A stretch of DNA of 59,998 nucleotides from Fidelibacterota bacterium (GTDB lineage Bacteria; Fidelibacterota; Marinisomatia; Marinisomatales; UBA1611). This document shows, piece after piece, positions 34,924 to 44,461 of this stretch. The notes beneath the pieces were generated by a model, which was given only the letters and a program-made list of their open reading frames with translations, was not told where the DNA came from and made no database searches. A program made the translations under genes and the position numbers. Numbering within the stretch: the stretch's first letter is position 1; each line of letters begins with the position of its first letter. Where the stretch lies: the NCBI GenBank assembly GCA_018674095.1, contig JABHAX010000013.1:1-59998 (forward strand), written 5' to 3'.

Positions 34924-36867
34924 ATGGATAATATTCTCTGGAAGCCACTAAGCCCAGAAAAAACTCAAATGGTTCAACTTATGAATCGAATAAATGAGAT
35001 TTATGGTTTGAAAATGAAATCGTATGACGAATTATTTAATTGGTCGGTAAACCATATTTCAGAGTTTTGGGCAGAAGTTTGGAATTTCGCAGGCATAAAA
35101 TATTCTTTACCTTATTCCGAAGTTGTGGATGATAGTAAAAAAATGCCCGGTGCAAAATGGTTTGCTGGCGCTAAACTAAATTATGCGGAAAATTTACTCC
35201 GTTATCGGGATGATAAAATTGCAATCCATTTTAAAGGTGAAGGCCAGCCATTACGATCTTTAACTTATGAAGACTTATTCAATGAAGTAGAAAAGTTGGC
35301 GCATTCACTCAAGGAATCCGGTGTGCAAAAAGGAGATCGGATTTGTGGATTTATTCCCAATATACCTGAGGCGATTATTGCAATGTTGGCCACGGCATCC
35401 ATTGGAGCTATCTGGAGTTCTTCCTCACCGGATTTTGGAATTAAGGGTGTACTTGACCGGTTTATCCAAATTGAACCCAAAATCATTTTTGCAGCGAATG
35501 GCTATTTTTATAATGGGAAAACGTTTGATTCATTAGACAAACTTCAAGGAATTTTAAATAATCTTCCGAGTGTAGAAAAAGTTGTAGTTGTAGAATACAC
35601 AGAAGAAAATCCGGATTTATCTCAAATAGAAAATGGAATATTGTATTCAGATTTTATTTCCAATTCACCTTATCCATTAGAATTTGAACAATTACCTTTT
35701 GACCATCCACTTTATATCATGTATTCATCCGGAACGACGGGACTCCCAAAATCTATTGTTCATTCTGCCGGTGGAACACTCATCCAACATTTAAAGGAAT
35801 TGAGATTCCATTGCGATTTGACTCGGGATGATACAATATTTTATTTTACAACCTGTGGCTGGATGATGTGGAATTGGCTCGTTTCATCTTTGGCTGTAGG
35901 ATCTACCGTTGTTCTCTTTGATGGCTCACCTTTTCATCCCGATGGCAAAGCTATGTGGCATCTTGCTGATGAATTAGAAATATCGATTTTTGGGGCGAGT
36001 GCCAAATTCATTGAGGCGTGCAAGGATGCAAATATTCGCCCCATAGAAATCGCAGATTTATCCAAACTTCGAGCGGTTCTTTCTACCGGCTCCCCATTAG
36101 TAGATGAAAGTTTTGACTATGTTTATGAACATGTAAAAACGGATGTTCTCCTGGGATCCATTTCTGGTGGCACAGATATTATTTCCTGTTTTGCATTGGG
36201 GAATCCTATGCTTCCAGTACGTAGGGGTGAATTGCAGTGTCGTGGATTGGGAATGGATGTACAGGCCTTTGATGCAAAAGAGCAAGCCATGATTAATGAG
36301 AAGGGTGAATTAGTTTGTACGTCTGCCTTTCCATCCATGCCCATTTATTTTTGGAATGATCCGGATGGTGAAAAATATCACAAAGCATACTTTACACTGT
36401 TTCAAGACATTTGGCATCACGGTGATTTTATTCGCATCTCTGAGCACGGTGGAATCAAAATATTTGGACGAAGTGATGCCACTCTTAACCCAGGCGGTGT
36501 TCGAATTGGGACTGCCGAGATTTATCGTGTCGTTGAAGCTTTGGATTTTATCAAAGATAGTTTGGTCATTGGACAAAAATGGGAAGGTGACGAACGTGTT
36601 GTTTTATTTCTTAAAATGAAAGAAGGATCTGCTTTAAATGATGAATTGATCAAAGAAATTAAATCTCAAATACGCTCTAACTGTTCGCCGAGACATGTAC
36701 CTGCAAAGATCCTTATGATAAAAGAAATCCCTTATACTATTAATGGGAAAAAAGTTGAAATTGCAGTGAGAAAAATAATTCATGGTCAGGATGTGACAAA
36801 CAAAGATGCGCTAGCCAATCCGGATAGTTTAGAATTATTTAAAGAGATTCCCGAATTGCAGGTCTAA
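34924..36867 (+). CDS. Acetoacetyl-CoA synthetase (acetoacetate-CoA ligase)
   Basis: 647 aa; N-terminus LWKP...FNWSVNHISEFWAEVWNF typical of AACS; AMP-binding motif YSSGTTGLPKSIVH. Confidence 0.85.
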   Translation: MDNILWKPLSPEKTQMVQLMNRINEIYGLKMKSYDELFNWSVNHISEFWAEVWNFAGIKYSLPYSEVVDDSKKMPGAKWFAGAKLNYAENLLRYRDDKIAIHFKGEGQPLRSLTYEDLFNEVEKLAHSLKESGVQKGDRICGFIPNIPEAIIAMLATASIGAIWSSSSPDFGIKGVLDRFIQIEPKIIFAANGYFYNGKTFDSLDKLQGILNNLPSVEKVVVVEYTEENPDLSQIENGILYSDFISNSPYPLEFEQLPFDHPLYIMYSSGTTGLPKSIVHSAGGTLIQHLKELRFHCDLTRDDTIFYFTTCGWMMWNWLVSSLAVGSTVVLFDGSPFHPDGKAMWHLADELEISIFGASAKFIEACKDANIRPIEIADLSKLRAVLSTGSPLVDESFDYVYEHVKTDVLLGSISGGTDIISCFALGNPMLPVRRGELQCRGLGMDVQAFDAKEQAMINEKGELVCTSAFPSMPIYFWNDPDGEKYHKAYFTLFQDIWHHGDFIRISEHGGIKIFGRSDATLNPGGVRIGTAEIYRVVEALDFIKDSLVIGQKWEGDERVVLFLKMKEGSALNDELIKEIKSQIRSNCSPRHVPAKILMIKEIPYTINGKKVEIAVRKIIHGQDVTNKDALANPDSLELFKEIPELQV

Positions 36868-37865
36868 TCTAACCGATCTAAGACACCCAATAAATCTGCA
36901 ACACGATTAGAATATCCCCACTCATTATCATACCAATTTAATGTTTTGACAAAATTCCCATCCACAACACGAGTAAACGGCGCATCAAAAATGGATGAAT
37001 GAGGATTCCCGATTATATCTGTTGAAACAATCGGAAGTGTAGAATATTCCAATACATTTTTTAAGGGCCCCATGGTGGCTGCTTCGTGTACCGCATTATT
37101 CACATCATCCACAGTTACATCTTTTTCTAAACGAACATTAAAATCAACTACAGACCCGTCCGGTACGGGAACACGCATAGCAATCCCGTCCAGTTTACCT
37201 TCGAGTTCGGGTAACACCTTCCCCACCGCTTTAGCAGCGCCAGTTGTGGTTGGGATTACATTTTCTGCCGCAGCTCGGCTTCGTCGCCAATCTGAATGGG
37301 GAACGTCTGCCAATCGCTGATCATTTGTATAAGCATGAATTGTATTGATTACACCTAGTTCAATGCCGAATGCATCATTCAAAACTTTTGCCATGGGCGC
37401 CAAACAATTGGTCGTACAAGATGCATTGGAAACAATCTTATGTTCAGGTTTGAGCCCATTGTCATTCACACCCAAAACCACTGTGTAATCAATTTCATCT
37501 TTTGCCGGAACTGTAAGAATGACGCGTTTCGCTCCTGATGAAATATGATTTTGAAGTTGAGCTTTCGTTCGGAATATTCCGGTGGATTCAATCACCATAT
37601 CCACGCCCATTTCTTTCCAAGGCAATAATCTTGGATCTCGCTCTGCCAATAGTTTTACAGACTGACTTTCTGTTTTCATCATATCACCTTCCAAAGAAAC
37701 TGTTTCTGGAAATCGACCCATAACAGTGTCATATTTTAAAAGGTAAGTGAGGGCACCTTTATCAAAAATATCATTAATAGCAACAACTTCAACATCTTCT
37801 CTCGCATTTAAAATACGAAATACTGATCGACCAATCCGGCCAAATCCATTTATTCCGATTCTCAT
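36864..37865 (-). CDS. gap: Glyceraldehyde-3-phosphate dehydrogenase, type I (canonical)
   Basis: 333 aa; INGFGRIGR, SNASCTTNCLAP (catalytic Cys), TIHAYTNDQ, TTGAAKAVGKVLPEL, AMRVPV, WYDNEWGYSNR. Confidence 0.95.
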   Translation of the reverse strand: MRIGINGFGRIGRSVFRILNAREDVEVVAINDIFDKGALTYLLKYDTVMGRFPETVSLEGDMMKTESQSVKLLAERDPRLLPWKEMGVDMVIESTGIFRTKAQLQNHISSGAKRVILTVPAKDEIDYTVVLGVNDNGLKPEHKIVSNASCTTNCLAPMAKVLNDAFGIELGVINTIHAYTNDQRLADVPHSDWRRSRAAAENVIPTTTGAAKAVGKVLPELEGKLDGIAMRVPVPDGSVVDFNVRLEKDVTVDDVNNAVHEAATMGPLKNVLEYSTLPIVSTDIIGNPHSSIFDAPFTRVVDGNFVKTLNWYDNEWGYSNRVADLLGVLDRLD

Positions 37866-38881
37866 TGTGCTCCTCCTAATGCGGCATACGCATCAACCAT
37901 ATCTAAAATTCGTTTTGAAAATCCCCAACCATTATCATACCAGCAGATATTTTTTAATAATGCATTTTTGGTCAACATAGTTGCCTTTGCATCATACACC
38001 ATGGTTTCTTCCCGGCCAATTACATCACTGGAAACAATAGGATCATTTGTAAATCCCACAATCCCTTTCAAGGATGATTCTGCATATTTTCTAACAATTT
38101 CATTCACTTCTTCCACGGATGGCATGTGTTTTAATTCAGTTGTCAGATCGACACAGGAACCATTTGGCACAGGAACGTTAAAAGCAATCCCTTCCAATTT
38201 CCCTTTGAATTGTGGCATAATTTGCTCAATAATTTTTGGAGCAAATGTTGTATTGGGAATAATATTTTCCACAGCCGAACGGCTCCGACGAAGATCAATC
38301 CCAACTGCATCTGCTAAAGGTTGATCGGATGTGTAGGCGTGAATCGTCGTCATCATCGCCCGCTGAACACCAAACGATTCATCCAACATTTTTAACATGA
38401 GCGCCAATACTTGCGTGGTGGAAGATGTGGTGGAAATTATTTGGTCCGTTGCTTCAATAGTGTCATCATTAATTCCAGGAATCACATAGCGGTCAATTGA
38501 TTCATGAGGATTTCTGCTGACGAATACACGTTTCGCTCCCGCATCTAAATGGAGAGATAATTCTGATCGTTTTAAAAAACGACCTGTAGCATCAATAACT
38601 ACATCTACATCGTAAGCATCCCATGGAATTGTTCCTGGTTCACCACCACTAATGACACGCACTTTTTGATTTTTTACAAGCAAATGGTTTCCATCTAATG
38701 TAACATTATCTTTCATGGCACCATGGACAGAATCGCGAGAGAGTAAATAATGCAGAGCTTCCGTAGAGCCAAAATCGCTCACGGCAACAAAATTATAATT
38801 CGGGTTATCATAGCCTAATCGAAATATGTTTCGGCCAATTCGACCAAAACCAAATAAGGCAATATTTATTGGTTTTCTCAT
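37862..38881 (-). CDS. GAPDH-family paralog lacking the catalytic cysteine
   Basis: 339 aa; LFGFGRIGR and WYDNGWGFSKR confirm the fold. However, the active-site block reads ISTTSSTTQVLAL (Cys to Ser, second Cys to Val), TGAAKA is NTTFAPK, and the RVP Arg is Asn (AFNVPV). Its TGA overlaps the ATG of canonical gap (ATGA). Confidence 0.85.
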   Translation of the reverse strand: MRKPINIALFGFGRIGRNIFRLGYDNPNYNFVAVSDFGSTEALHYLLSRDSVHGAMKDNVTLDGNHLLVKNQKVRVISGGEPGTIPWDAYDVDVVIDATGRFLKRSELSLHLDAGAKRVFVSRNPHESIDRYVIPGINDDTIEATDQIISTTSSTTQVLALMLKMLDESFGVQRAMMTTIHAYTSDQPLADAVGIDLRRSRSAVENIIPNTTFAPKIIEQIMPQFKGKLEGIAFNVPVPNGSCVDLTTELKHMPSVEEVNEIVRKYAESSLKGIVGFTNDPIVSSDVIGREETMVYDAKATMLTKNALLKNICWYDNGWGFSKRILDMVDAYAALGGAQ

Positions 38882-38933
38882 GAAGTAATTTTTCTTTCTT
38901 TTTTTGGGGTTTGAAATTAAAAAAAATATCTAA

Positions 38934-38961
38934 ATTGTTAACTACATTATGAGTTACTAAT
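38934..38961. promoter_or_regulatory. 28 bp dyad ATTGTTAACT-N8-AGTTACTAAT (candidate operator), site 2
   Basis: Begins 53 nt upstream of the start of the GAPDH-paralog/gap operon (38881). Same architecture as 34824-34851. Confidence 0.55.
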
Positions 38962-39156
38962 CAAATAATTTTTGAACTCGTATAGGTTGTCACTCGCAAT
39001 ACAGTTAGAAAATAACAATAAAGGACATAATCATGAAACACTCAGATAAAACAAAAACGACTATAGTTGCTACCACTTTACTTGTGGGGGCAATTTTTAT
39101 GTTATCGGTAACGATTCAACATTTACCATCCACAACTGTTGTTGAAAAGCCAGTCA

Positions 39157-39408
39157 ATGAAAAAAATAGACTTGAAAAACCAATATAACCCAATTGCATT
39201 GACAGAAGAGATTCAATCAATTGAAGAAAATATTCTGCGTGAAGAAACGCCCATAAATCAAGTTGAAATCTCATTTGCTGACGCATTCAAGAATGCAAGG
39301 AACGAATTTGGTGCAGGTTTTACCTTTGAATGGCAAGGAAATATTTACAAAACAGGTCGAGCTGATTGCGAATTAATTGAATTGAAGACGCTTATTGTCG
39401 TCTTATAA
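39157..39408 (+). CDS. Hypothetical protein (possible C-terminal part of a frameshifted membrane-anchored protein)
   Basis: ATG at 39157 inside the 39139-39408 ORF. A 51-codon ORF (39033-39188) encoding a TM helix overlaps in another frame across an A7 run. Confidence 0.35.
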   Translation: MKKIDLKNQYNPIALTEEIQSIEENILREETPINQVEISFADAFKNARNEFGAGFTFEWQGNIYKTGRADCELIELKTLIVVL

Positions 39409-39515
39409 AAATTGCATAAAAGAGTTAGAACTCATTTAATCCTTATAATCTTGAAACCGTTCTCTCGCCTTAAAAAATGCAAAAAGAACCAATATCACGA
39501 ATATGACCCCAATTG

Positions 39516-39857
39516 TCACTGCTTCCCCGATTGGCTAAAACCCAAACCACCATACCGATCATTTAAAACAATGACACCATCCATATCCCTGTTTGATCCA
39601 ATATAGGCTGTGGCTTGTTCATATTGATTATAGGTTTGGACATATCCATTTTCGTCTTTCCCAGTTCCAAGATATAAGGTACGTTTTTGATCTTGATTAT
39701 AGGCCGTAATAAATCCACCATGTCCATCATCATTGATGGTAATGGAATTCACAACGATGTCCCCAAGATTTCCACTCTCTCCAAGACCAGTCAGTACAAA
39801 AAATAGGGCGGCGCTTAATACACCAATTAAAAAACTTTTAAAATCGATTTGTTTCAT
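39516..39857 (-). CDS. Small membrane-anchored/secreted hypothetical protein
   Basis: 113 aa; N-terminal hydrophobic helix FLIGVLSAALFFVLTGL. No recognisable domain. Confidence 0.4.
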   Translation of the reverse strand: MKQIDFKSFLIGVLSAALFFVLTGLGESGNLGDIVVNSITINDDGHGGFITAYNQDQKRTLYLGTGKDENGYVQTYNQYEQATAYIGSNRDMDGVIVLNDRYGGLGFSQSGKQ

Positions 39858-39866
39858 TTTAGCTCC

Positions 39867-40652
39867 TTATGAATTCAAAATGGTTGGAAGGTCTGCGATA
39901 GAATTAATAAAGTCATCAGGATCAATTCCGCTGGATTCTACCATTCCCTCGTGGTATTTACCCGTTTTAACTAGGATGCCCGATATTCCAAGGTTCTGTG
40001 CACCTTGTACATCATTGATGAGATCATCACCAAACATGACAACTTCTTCTGGAGTCAAGTTTAAATCATCCAATGCACATTGGAAAAACGCTTTATTCGG
40101 TTTCCCCACAATTTGCGCTTTTTTACCCGTGGCAAATTCCAAGGCAACCACAAACCCACCCGCATCCAATCGTAGCCCCGAATCTACTTTATAATATTTC
40201 CCTTTATGGAATGCAATGATTTCTGCCCCATTCATCACATGCTGGAAGGCTTGATTCAATAAATCAAAAGTCCAATCATCAAAATCTCCAATTACGATAG
40301 CTTCGGGTTTTTCAGGATTTTCTTCAAATTCGGAATAATCTTTCTTCAAATTATCTGTAATAAAAAAGCGGCAAGATGGTGAACACATTTTTCGAATAAA
40401 ATCAATGCCAACATATCCGGCAGAAATAATCTCTTCTTCAATACATTTGAGCCCAATTTCGCTTAATTTAATTTGAAGTGTTTTCCGGTTTTTTGTTGTG
40501 GTATTTGTTAAAAAACGAAATGGAATATTTTTTTGTCTCAAGTAATCTAAAGTGTCTATTGCACCAGGAAGTGCCTTACCAGATTGGTAAAATACACCAT
40601 CTAAATCAAACAGGAATCCTTTAGCGTTCCGAATCAAATCCATCTTGCTCAT
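39867..40652 (-). CDS. HAD-superfamily hydrolase, subfamily IIA (NagD-like phosphatase)
   Basis: 261 aa; FLFDLDGVFY (DxDG nucleophile motif), LTNTTT, GKPN, MFGDDLINDV. Confidence 0.8.
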   Translation of the reverse strand: MSKMDLIRNAKGFLFDLDGVFYQSGKALPGAIDTLDYLRQKNIPFRFLTNTTTKNRKTLQIKLSEIGLKCIEEEIISAGYVGIDFIRKMCSPSCRFFITDNLKKDYSEFEENPEKPEAIVIGDFDDWTFDLLNQAFQHVMNGAEIIAFHKGKYYKVDSGLRLDAGGFVVALEFATGKKAQIVGKPNKAFFQCALDDLNLTPEEVVMFGDDLINDVQGAQNLGISGILVKTGKYHEGMVESSGIDPDDFINSIADLPTILNS

Positions 40653-40896
40653 CTAATTTATCTTTCAGGTCACTCATTTTTTGAATTGAAGATTCTTTTC
40701 CTAAGTCACTCTCATTAAATTCTTCATGCCACATTTCTTTGGCATAAAGAATTCTCATGACCAGAATGGCGGTATAAACAAAAAGAAGGCTAATATACCC
40801 GACTACATGAAATGAATTGTCTCGGTCCACCATAAATAACAGTATTAGAAGTATCAAGGGCATCAAACGGATAAATTTTTGTATAATTTTTCCCAC
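40621..40896 (-). CDS. Small membrane protein, unknown function
   Basis: 91 aa, two hydrophobic helices, acidic tail. Overlaps the HAD gene start. Confidence 0.35.
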   Translation of the reverse strand: MGKIIQKFIRLMPLILLILLFMVDRDNSFHVVGYISLLFVYTAILVMRILYAKEMWHEEFNESDLGKESSIQKMSDLKDKLDEQDGFDSER

Positions 40897-41035
40897 AGTT
40901 TTAACGCAGATAATTCTCTAAAAAATTAATATTATTCCGGCAAGGATTGGTCGTAAGTATCAGGGTTGGCCGATGAGTTAGATAAAATCCCGAAGGGATT
41001 ACATATTTATATAAATATGATAGGAAAAAATTAAG

Positions 41036-41092
41036 AACGCCGTAGGTGTTCAACCATTCATTTGCCGAACCAAGTTCAACACCTACGGCGTT
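41036..41092 (-). terminator. Long stem-loop (15 bp perfect stem, 27 nt loop) downstream of 41175-41915
   Basis: AACGCCGTAGGTGTT (41036-41050) and AACACCTACGGCGTT (41078-41092) are exact reverse complements. On the minus strand it is followed by CTTAATTTTTT. A second small hairpin, AATCCC-gaa-GGGATT, lies at 40986-41000. Confidence 0.55.
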
Positions 41093-41174
41093 GGTTTTTT
41101 GGGACAACAATTGTTTTATAAATATTCGACTCCGCTGCAGCCCGAAATAAATATTTTTTATTTTATTCATACGT

Positions 41175-41915
41175 CTAATTCAAAGATTTACTTACAAATT
41201 CCAGCATTTTTTTCTGTTTGATCAAATATCCAAGTCGGGTTTCAATATTGACATAACGAACATTCCGGCGAAGAGATTCCCAGGACAAACTGCCGTCATC
41301 CCTGTCCATTACTGTATCCTGCAATACAACATTATAGGGGCCTATTGCTAATTTTTCGAAGTCAGATTCATTTGTGCATAAAATAAAATCACGGGGATTT
41401 TGTTGATATTTTAAGGACATCTTCTGGCTATTTCTCAATTCATGTTTTACATTATAACCTTGGGAATTGTTATGAACAGCAATAAGAAGCCCATCTTTTT
41501 CTGGCATCAATTTCTCAAGAAATTGAGACCGATCTAAATCCATTTCATCCAATGCTTTTTTTAGTGTTCCTGGTGCCCAATAAGGTTTGAATTTTTTTAA
41601 GGCATGTAATGAACCTTCTCGTGAGAATAAACGATTCGGGTCAATAATTGTAGATTGGTATGGGATTTCTCGATTATCATTTTGGATAAAAAAAGCTTTT
41701 CCCGGGAAAAGAGTTATATGATGATCCAATGCCATTTTTGCTGTTTTTTCGTCACCATGCAACCAAATATAATTGATGGCAGAATGCCCATTCTCTACTA
41801 GATAAAAGGGCGTTCCTGCAAATGTAATTGGTATTGTATTTAACTGGGTATCCGCCCTCTCTTTTCCAAAAAGAGAAGAAAGTATGATTCCAATTATTAA
41901 TATTTTATTTAACAA
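41175..41915 (-). CDS. Secreted hypothetical protein, possible Zn-dependent hydrolase
   Basis: 246 aa; signal peptide. WLHGDEKTA, IDPNRLF and AVHNNSQGY loosely resemble the metal/substrate motifs of the M14 / AstE-AspA superfamily. The assignment is weak. Confidence 0.4.
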   Translation of the reverse strand: MLNKILIIGIILSSLFGKERADTQLNTIPITFAGTPFYLVENGHSAINYIWLHGDEKTAKMALDHHITLFPGKAFFIQNDNREIPYQSTIIDPNRLFSREGSLHALKKFKPYWAPGTLKKALDEMDLDRSQFLEKLMPEKDGLLIAVHNNSQGYNVKHELRNSQKMSLKYQQNPRDFILCTNESDFEKLAIGPYNVVLQDTVMDRDDGSLSWESLRRNVRYVNIETRLGYLIKQKKMLEFVSKSLN

Positions 41916-41925
41916 GAATTGCCTT

Positions 41926-42141
41926 TTATGTTTTTATCCAATTTTTAGAATGAAAATGAATAAAATATATTCCACTTGGTTGATGGGATTCATCCCGTTG
42001 AAATTCATGAATTCCCGCTGAAATATTTCCGTAGGATTCGGAATTGGGAGTCAAATCTTCAAGGTTAAAATCACTTTGTGGGAAAAGCGGAATAATTCCT
42101 AAAAGTAACATGGTAATCCATTTAATCATCTTCGTCCTCAT
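41926..42141 (-). CDS. Mini-ORF: signal peptide plus T9SS-tail-like ending (possible remnant)
   Basis: 71 aa; MIKWITMLLLGIIPLFPQ then ...PSGIYFIHFHSKN, resembling only the SGIYF strand of a sorting domain. Confidence 0.25.
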   Translation of the reverse strand: MRTKMIKWITMLLLGIIPLFPQSDFNLEDLTPNSESYGNISAGIHEFQRDESHQPSGIYFIHFHSKNWIKT

Positions 42142-42251
42142 TCATTCTGTACCACAATGCCAGCATGAGTGAACCACTGATAAAAACTACAGCAATAATA
42201 AACATAATCATTTTTAAACTCATGAAACAGTCCAATAATTAACCCTGAAAA

Positions 42252-43415
42252 TTATAATCGATCTGATAATAATAATATATCAAAAATTTCAAAGGTCCCA
42301 GAAAAATCAAGATCGCCTACAATTTCTTGGGATTCGTTCGGGATTGATTCACCCATAACCATTTGAAGTAACACCATGATATCCAACATATTTATAATAC
42401 CATTCTCATCCATATCACCCATGTTTCCAAGGACATTGTTGAGATAAAATGCATTTTCTATAAAAGCTAATGAAAATGGGAAACGATTTCCGTTAAAGAC
42501 TTCGGTAACATGGTCTCCGGCATAAAGAATATAATCATGATGGATATTTTGATCATTCAAAAAATCACTGAAAGAATCGGAATGATTATTAAATAAATAT
42601 TCATCAGCATCCCCACAATCCATGTAAAATCGAGTCGACTCTATATTTTCTAAATTATTTTGCCCCAAAGTTAATGGATCTTGCAAAAGCCATAGACCCC
42701 AGACTTCTTCTATCACATTGCCATAACTATCCACGGGAAGATCCACATAATAGGGCCAATCTTCCACATCCGGACTAAATGCAGCAGATGCACTATACAG
42801 AAATAGACTTACCACGCCATTCCACGGCTGATACCCTAAAATTCCTGTTTCATCTAATAAAGGTGGTAATAAATCTGGAATAATATTTTGAAAAGCAATT
42901 GGACCAGAATGAGATGCGGAAATCTGGAATAATTCTGGAAATTTTATAGATAATTTTACAGCAGCATACCCACCCATAGAATGTCCCATAATTGCTCGGA
43001 AATTAGGATCATCTATTGTACGATATGAACTATCAATATGGGTAAGAAGATCTTGAATAATGTAATCTTCAAATTGTCCATTATATTCAGAATTGGTGTA
43101 CATACTTCCCAAATATGGCAATACAAATCCGTCTGGTTTAATCAAAATTGATTCTCGGATTTCACCAGAAGCCATCATCGATTCAAAAACTTCGACCAAT
43201 GCGACATACCAAGAATAATCAGCACCAAATCCATGCAAAAAATAAAGGGTAGGATAGGAAGAATCGGGATTGGATTCATAACTGGGAGGCAATACAATCT
43301 CATAATATTGATCGAAACCAAGTGCATCACTAAAGTGAGAAGAAGTAATAATATCTGCATGAAGACTAATAAAGATGGTAAAACTGAGTGTTAAAATAAT
43401 TTTTTTGTATGACAT
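42252..43415 (-). CDS. Secreted esterase (esterase D / putative-esterase family) with C-terminal dockerin
   Basis: 387 aa; signal peptide; YPTLYFLHGFG, GHSMGG nucleophile elbow; C-terminal DMDENGIINMLD and DLDFSGTFEIFD Ca-loops. Confidence 0.75.
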   Translation of the reverse strand: MSYKKIILTLSFTIFISLHADIITSSHFSDALGFDQYYEIVLPPSYESNPDSSYPTLYFLHGFGADYSWYVALVEVFESMMASGEIRESILIKPDGFVLPYLGSMYTNSEYNGQFEDYIIQDLLTHIDSSYRTIDDPNFRAIMGHSMGGYAAVKLSIKFPELFQISASHSGPIAFQNIIPDLLPPLLDETGILGYQPWNGVVSLFLYSASAAFSPDVEDWPYYVDLPVDSYGNVIEEVWGLWLLQDPLTLGQNNLENIESTRFYMDCGDADEYLFNNHSDSFSDFLNDQNIHHDYILYAGDHVTEVFNGNRFPFSLAFIENAFYLNNVLGNMGDMDENGIINMLDIMVLLQMVMGESIPNESQEIVGDLDFSGTFEIFDILLLSDRL

Positions 43416-43444
43416 AGGAGTGATTCCTGAATTGTTTATTTAAT

Positions 43445-44461
43445 TTATTCCCAGATGAGAATTCGCATCTTTGGGTGAATTGTGAGAATATGTTTTTTAA
43501 GTGTTTCCATCGCATGTGTTCTTAATTCAATTGGCGGTGTTACCGTCCCATTCTCAATAATATAATTATCATAATAAATATCAGATCGGGATTCTCGTTT
43601 TCTTATTCTATTAAAATAATCTTTATTCATGCGAAAAACACCCAAGGTAATATCCACTAATTTTTTCCCGTCGATTTCTCTGAAAAGATCGGTAATAAAA
43701 CGATTATATTTATCTTCCCACCTATCAATAAGTAAAACAGGATCAATGCATAGTCGAACTAACCACCCTTTTTCTATTGCACTTTTCATGGAATTTATAC
43801 GGCGATGGACGGGTGGTGCTGTTCTTTCATATTTCTCGCAAATTTCAAGCGGGGATAATGTCCAACTTAGAATTACATTTTTTGGTGGAGATATATTTTC
43901 AATGGAAGAAAAAAGGGCACTTTTTGTACGAATCTCAATTTTTAAATTATCTAATTCTCTAACGAATTTTATCCAGTTAGATGTAATTGGAATAATATTT
44001 TCCATAGCCATCAAATCTGTATTATAAGAAATGGGAATTACCAGTGGTTTCAATGGATTTTCTAAATTTTTCAATTTTTCCTGAATTGATTTAAAAAAAT
44101 CATTCTCATTTACAAAAATGACCAAATTCCCCGAGGGGTACATCCCTTGTAAAAAACAATAATCACAATTGTATAAACAATTTAAAATAGGTGTGGTGTA
44201 AAATACATTGGGAGTTTCATATTCCTGAATCATTTCAGATGCTGGATATAAAAATGGGGCTGTCTTTTTTGCCAAAATCAATTTCATGGATGATTTTTGG
44301 ATTTGAAAATGCTGTTTTGGTCGATTGAAAATATCTTTGTAATGCTCAATTTCAACAAATTTAGCTTTGGGGAATTTTGATAAAGCTATTTGAGCCAATG
44401 GATAATCCATTGCGTTACGCTCAATATAAATATGAGAAAAATTAGGTTGAAAGTTTTTCAC
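43445..44461 (-). CDS. Spore-photoproduct-lyase-family radical SAM protein
   Basis: 338 aa; CX3CX2C cluster motif CLYNCDYCFLQG. Size and layout match SPL-family proteins from non-sporulating bacteria. Confidence 0.7.
   Translation of the reverse strand: MKNFQPNFSHIYIERNAMDYPLAQIALSKFPKAKFVEIEHYKDIFNRPKQHFQIQKSSMKLILAKKTAPFLYPASEMIQEYETPNVFYTTPILNCLYNCDYCFLQGMYPSGNLVIFVNENDFFKSIQEKLKNLENPLKPLVIPISYNTDLMAMENIIPITSNWIKFVRELDNLKIEIRTKSALFSSIENISPPKNVILSWTLSPLEICEKYERTAPPVHRRINSMKSAIEKGWLVRLCIDPVLLIDRWEDKYNRFITDLFREIDGKKLVDITLGVFRMNKDYFNRIRKRESRSDIYYDNYIIENGTVTPPIELRTHAMETLKKHILTIHPKMRILIWE

Noticed and set aside
40901-41170. 89 aa ORF in the track
   Set aside because: It spans a long perfect hairpin and a second hairpin and has an odd composition. 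It lies where a terminator for the upstream gene is expected, so it is most likely non-coding.
42122-42223. 33-codon minus-strand ORF MSLKMIMFIIAVVFISGSLMLALWYRMNEDEDD, superficially like CcoS/FixS-type small membrane proteins
   Set aside because: It is too short for a motif-based call, and no cbb3 oxidase or ccoNOQP/ccoGHIS context is present in the window.
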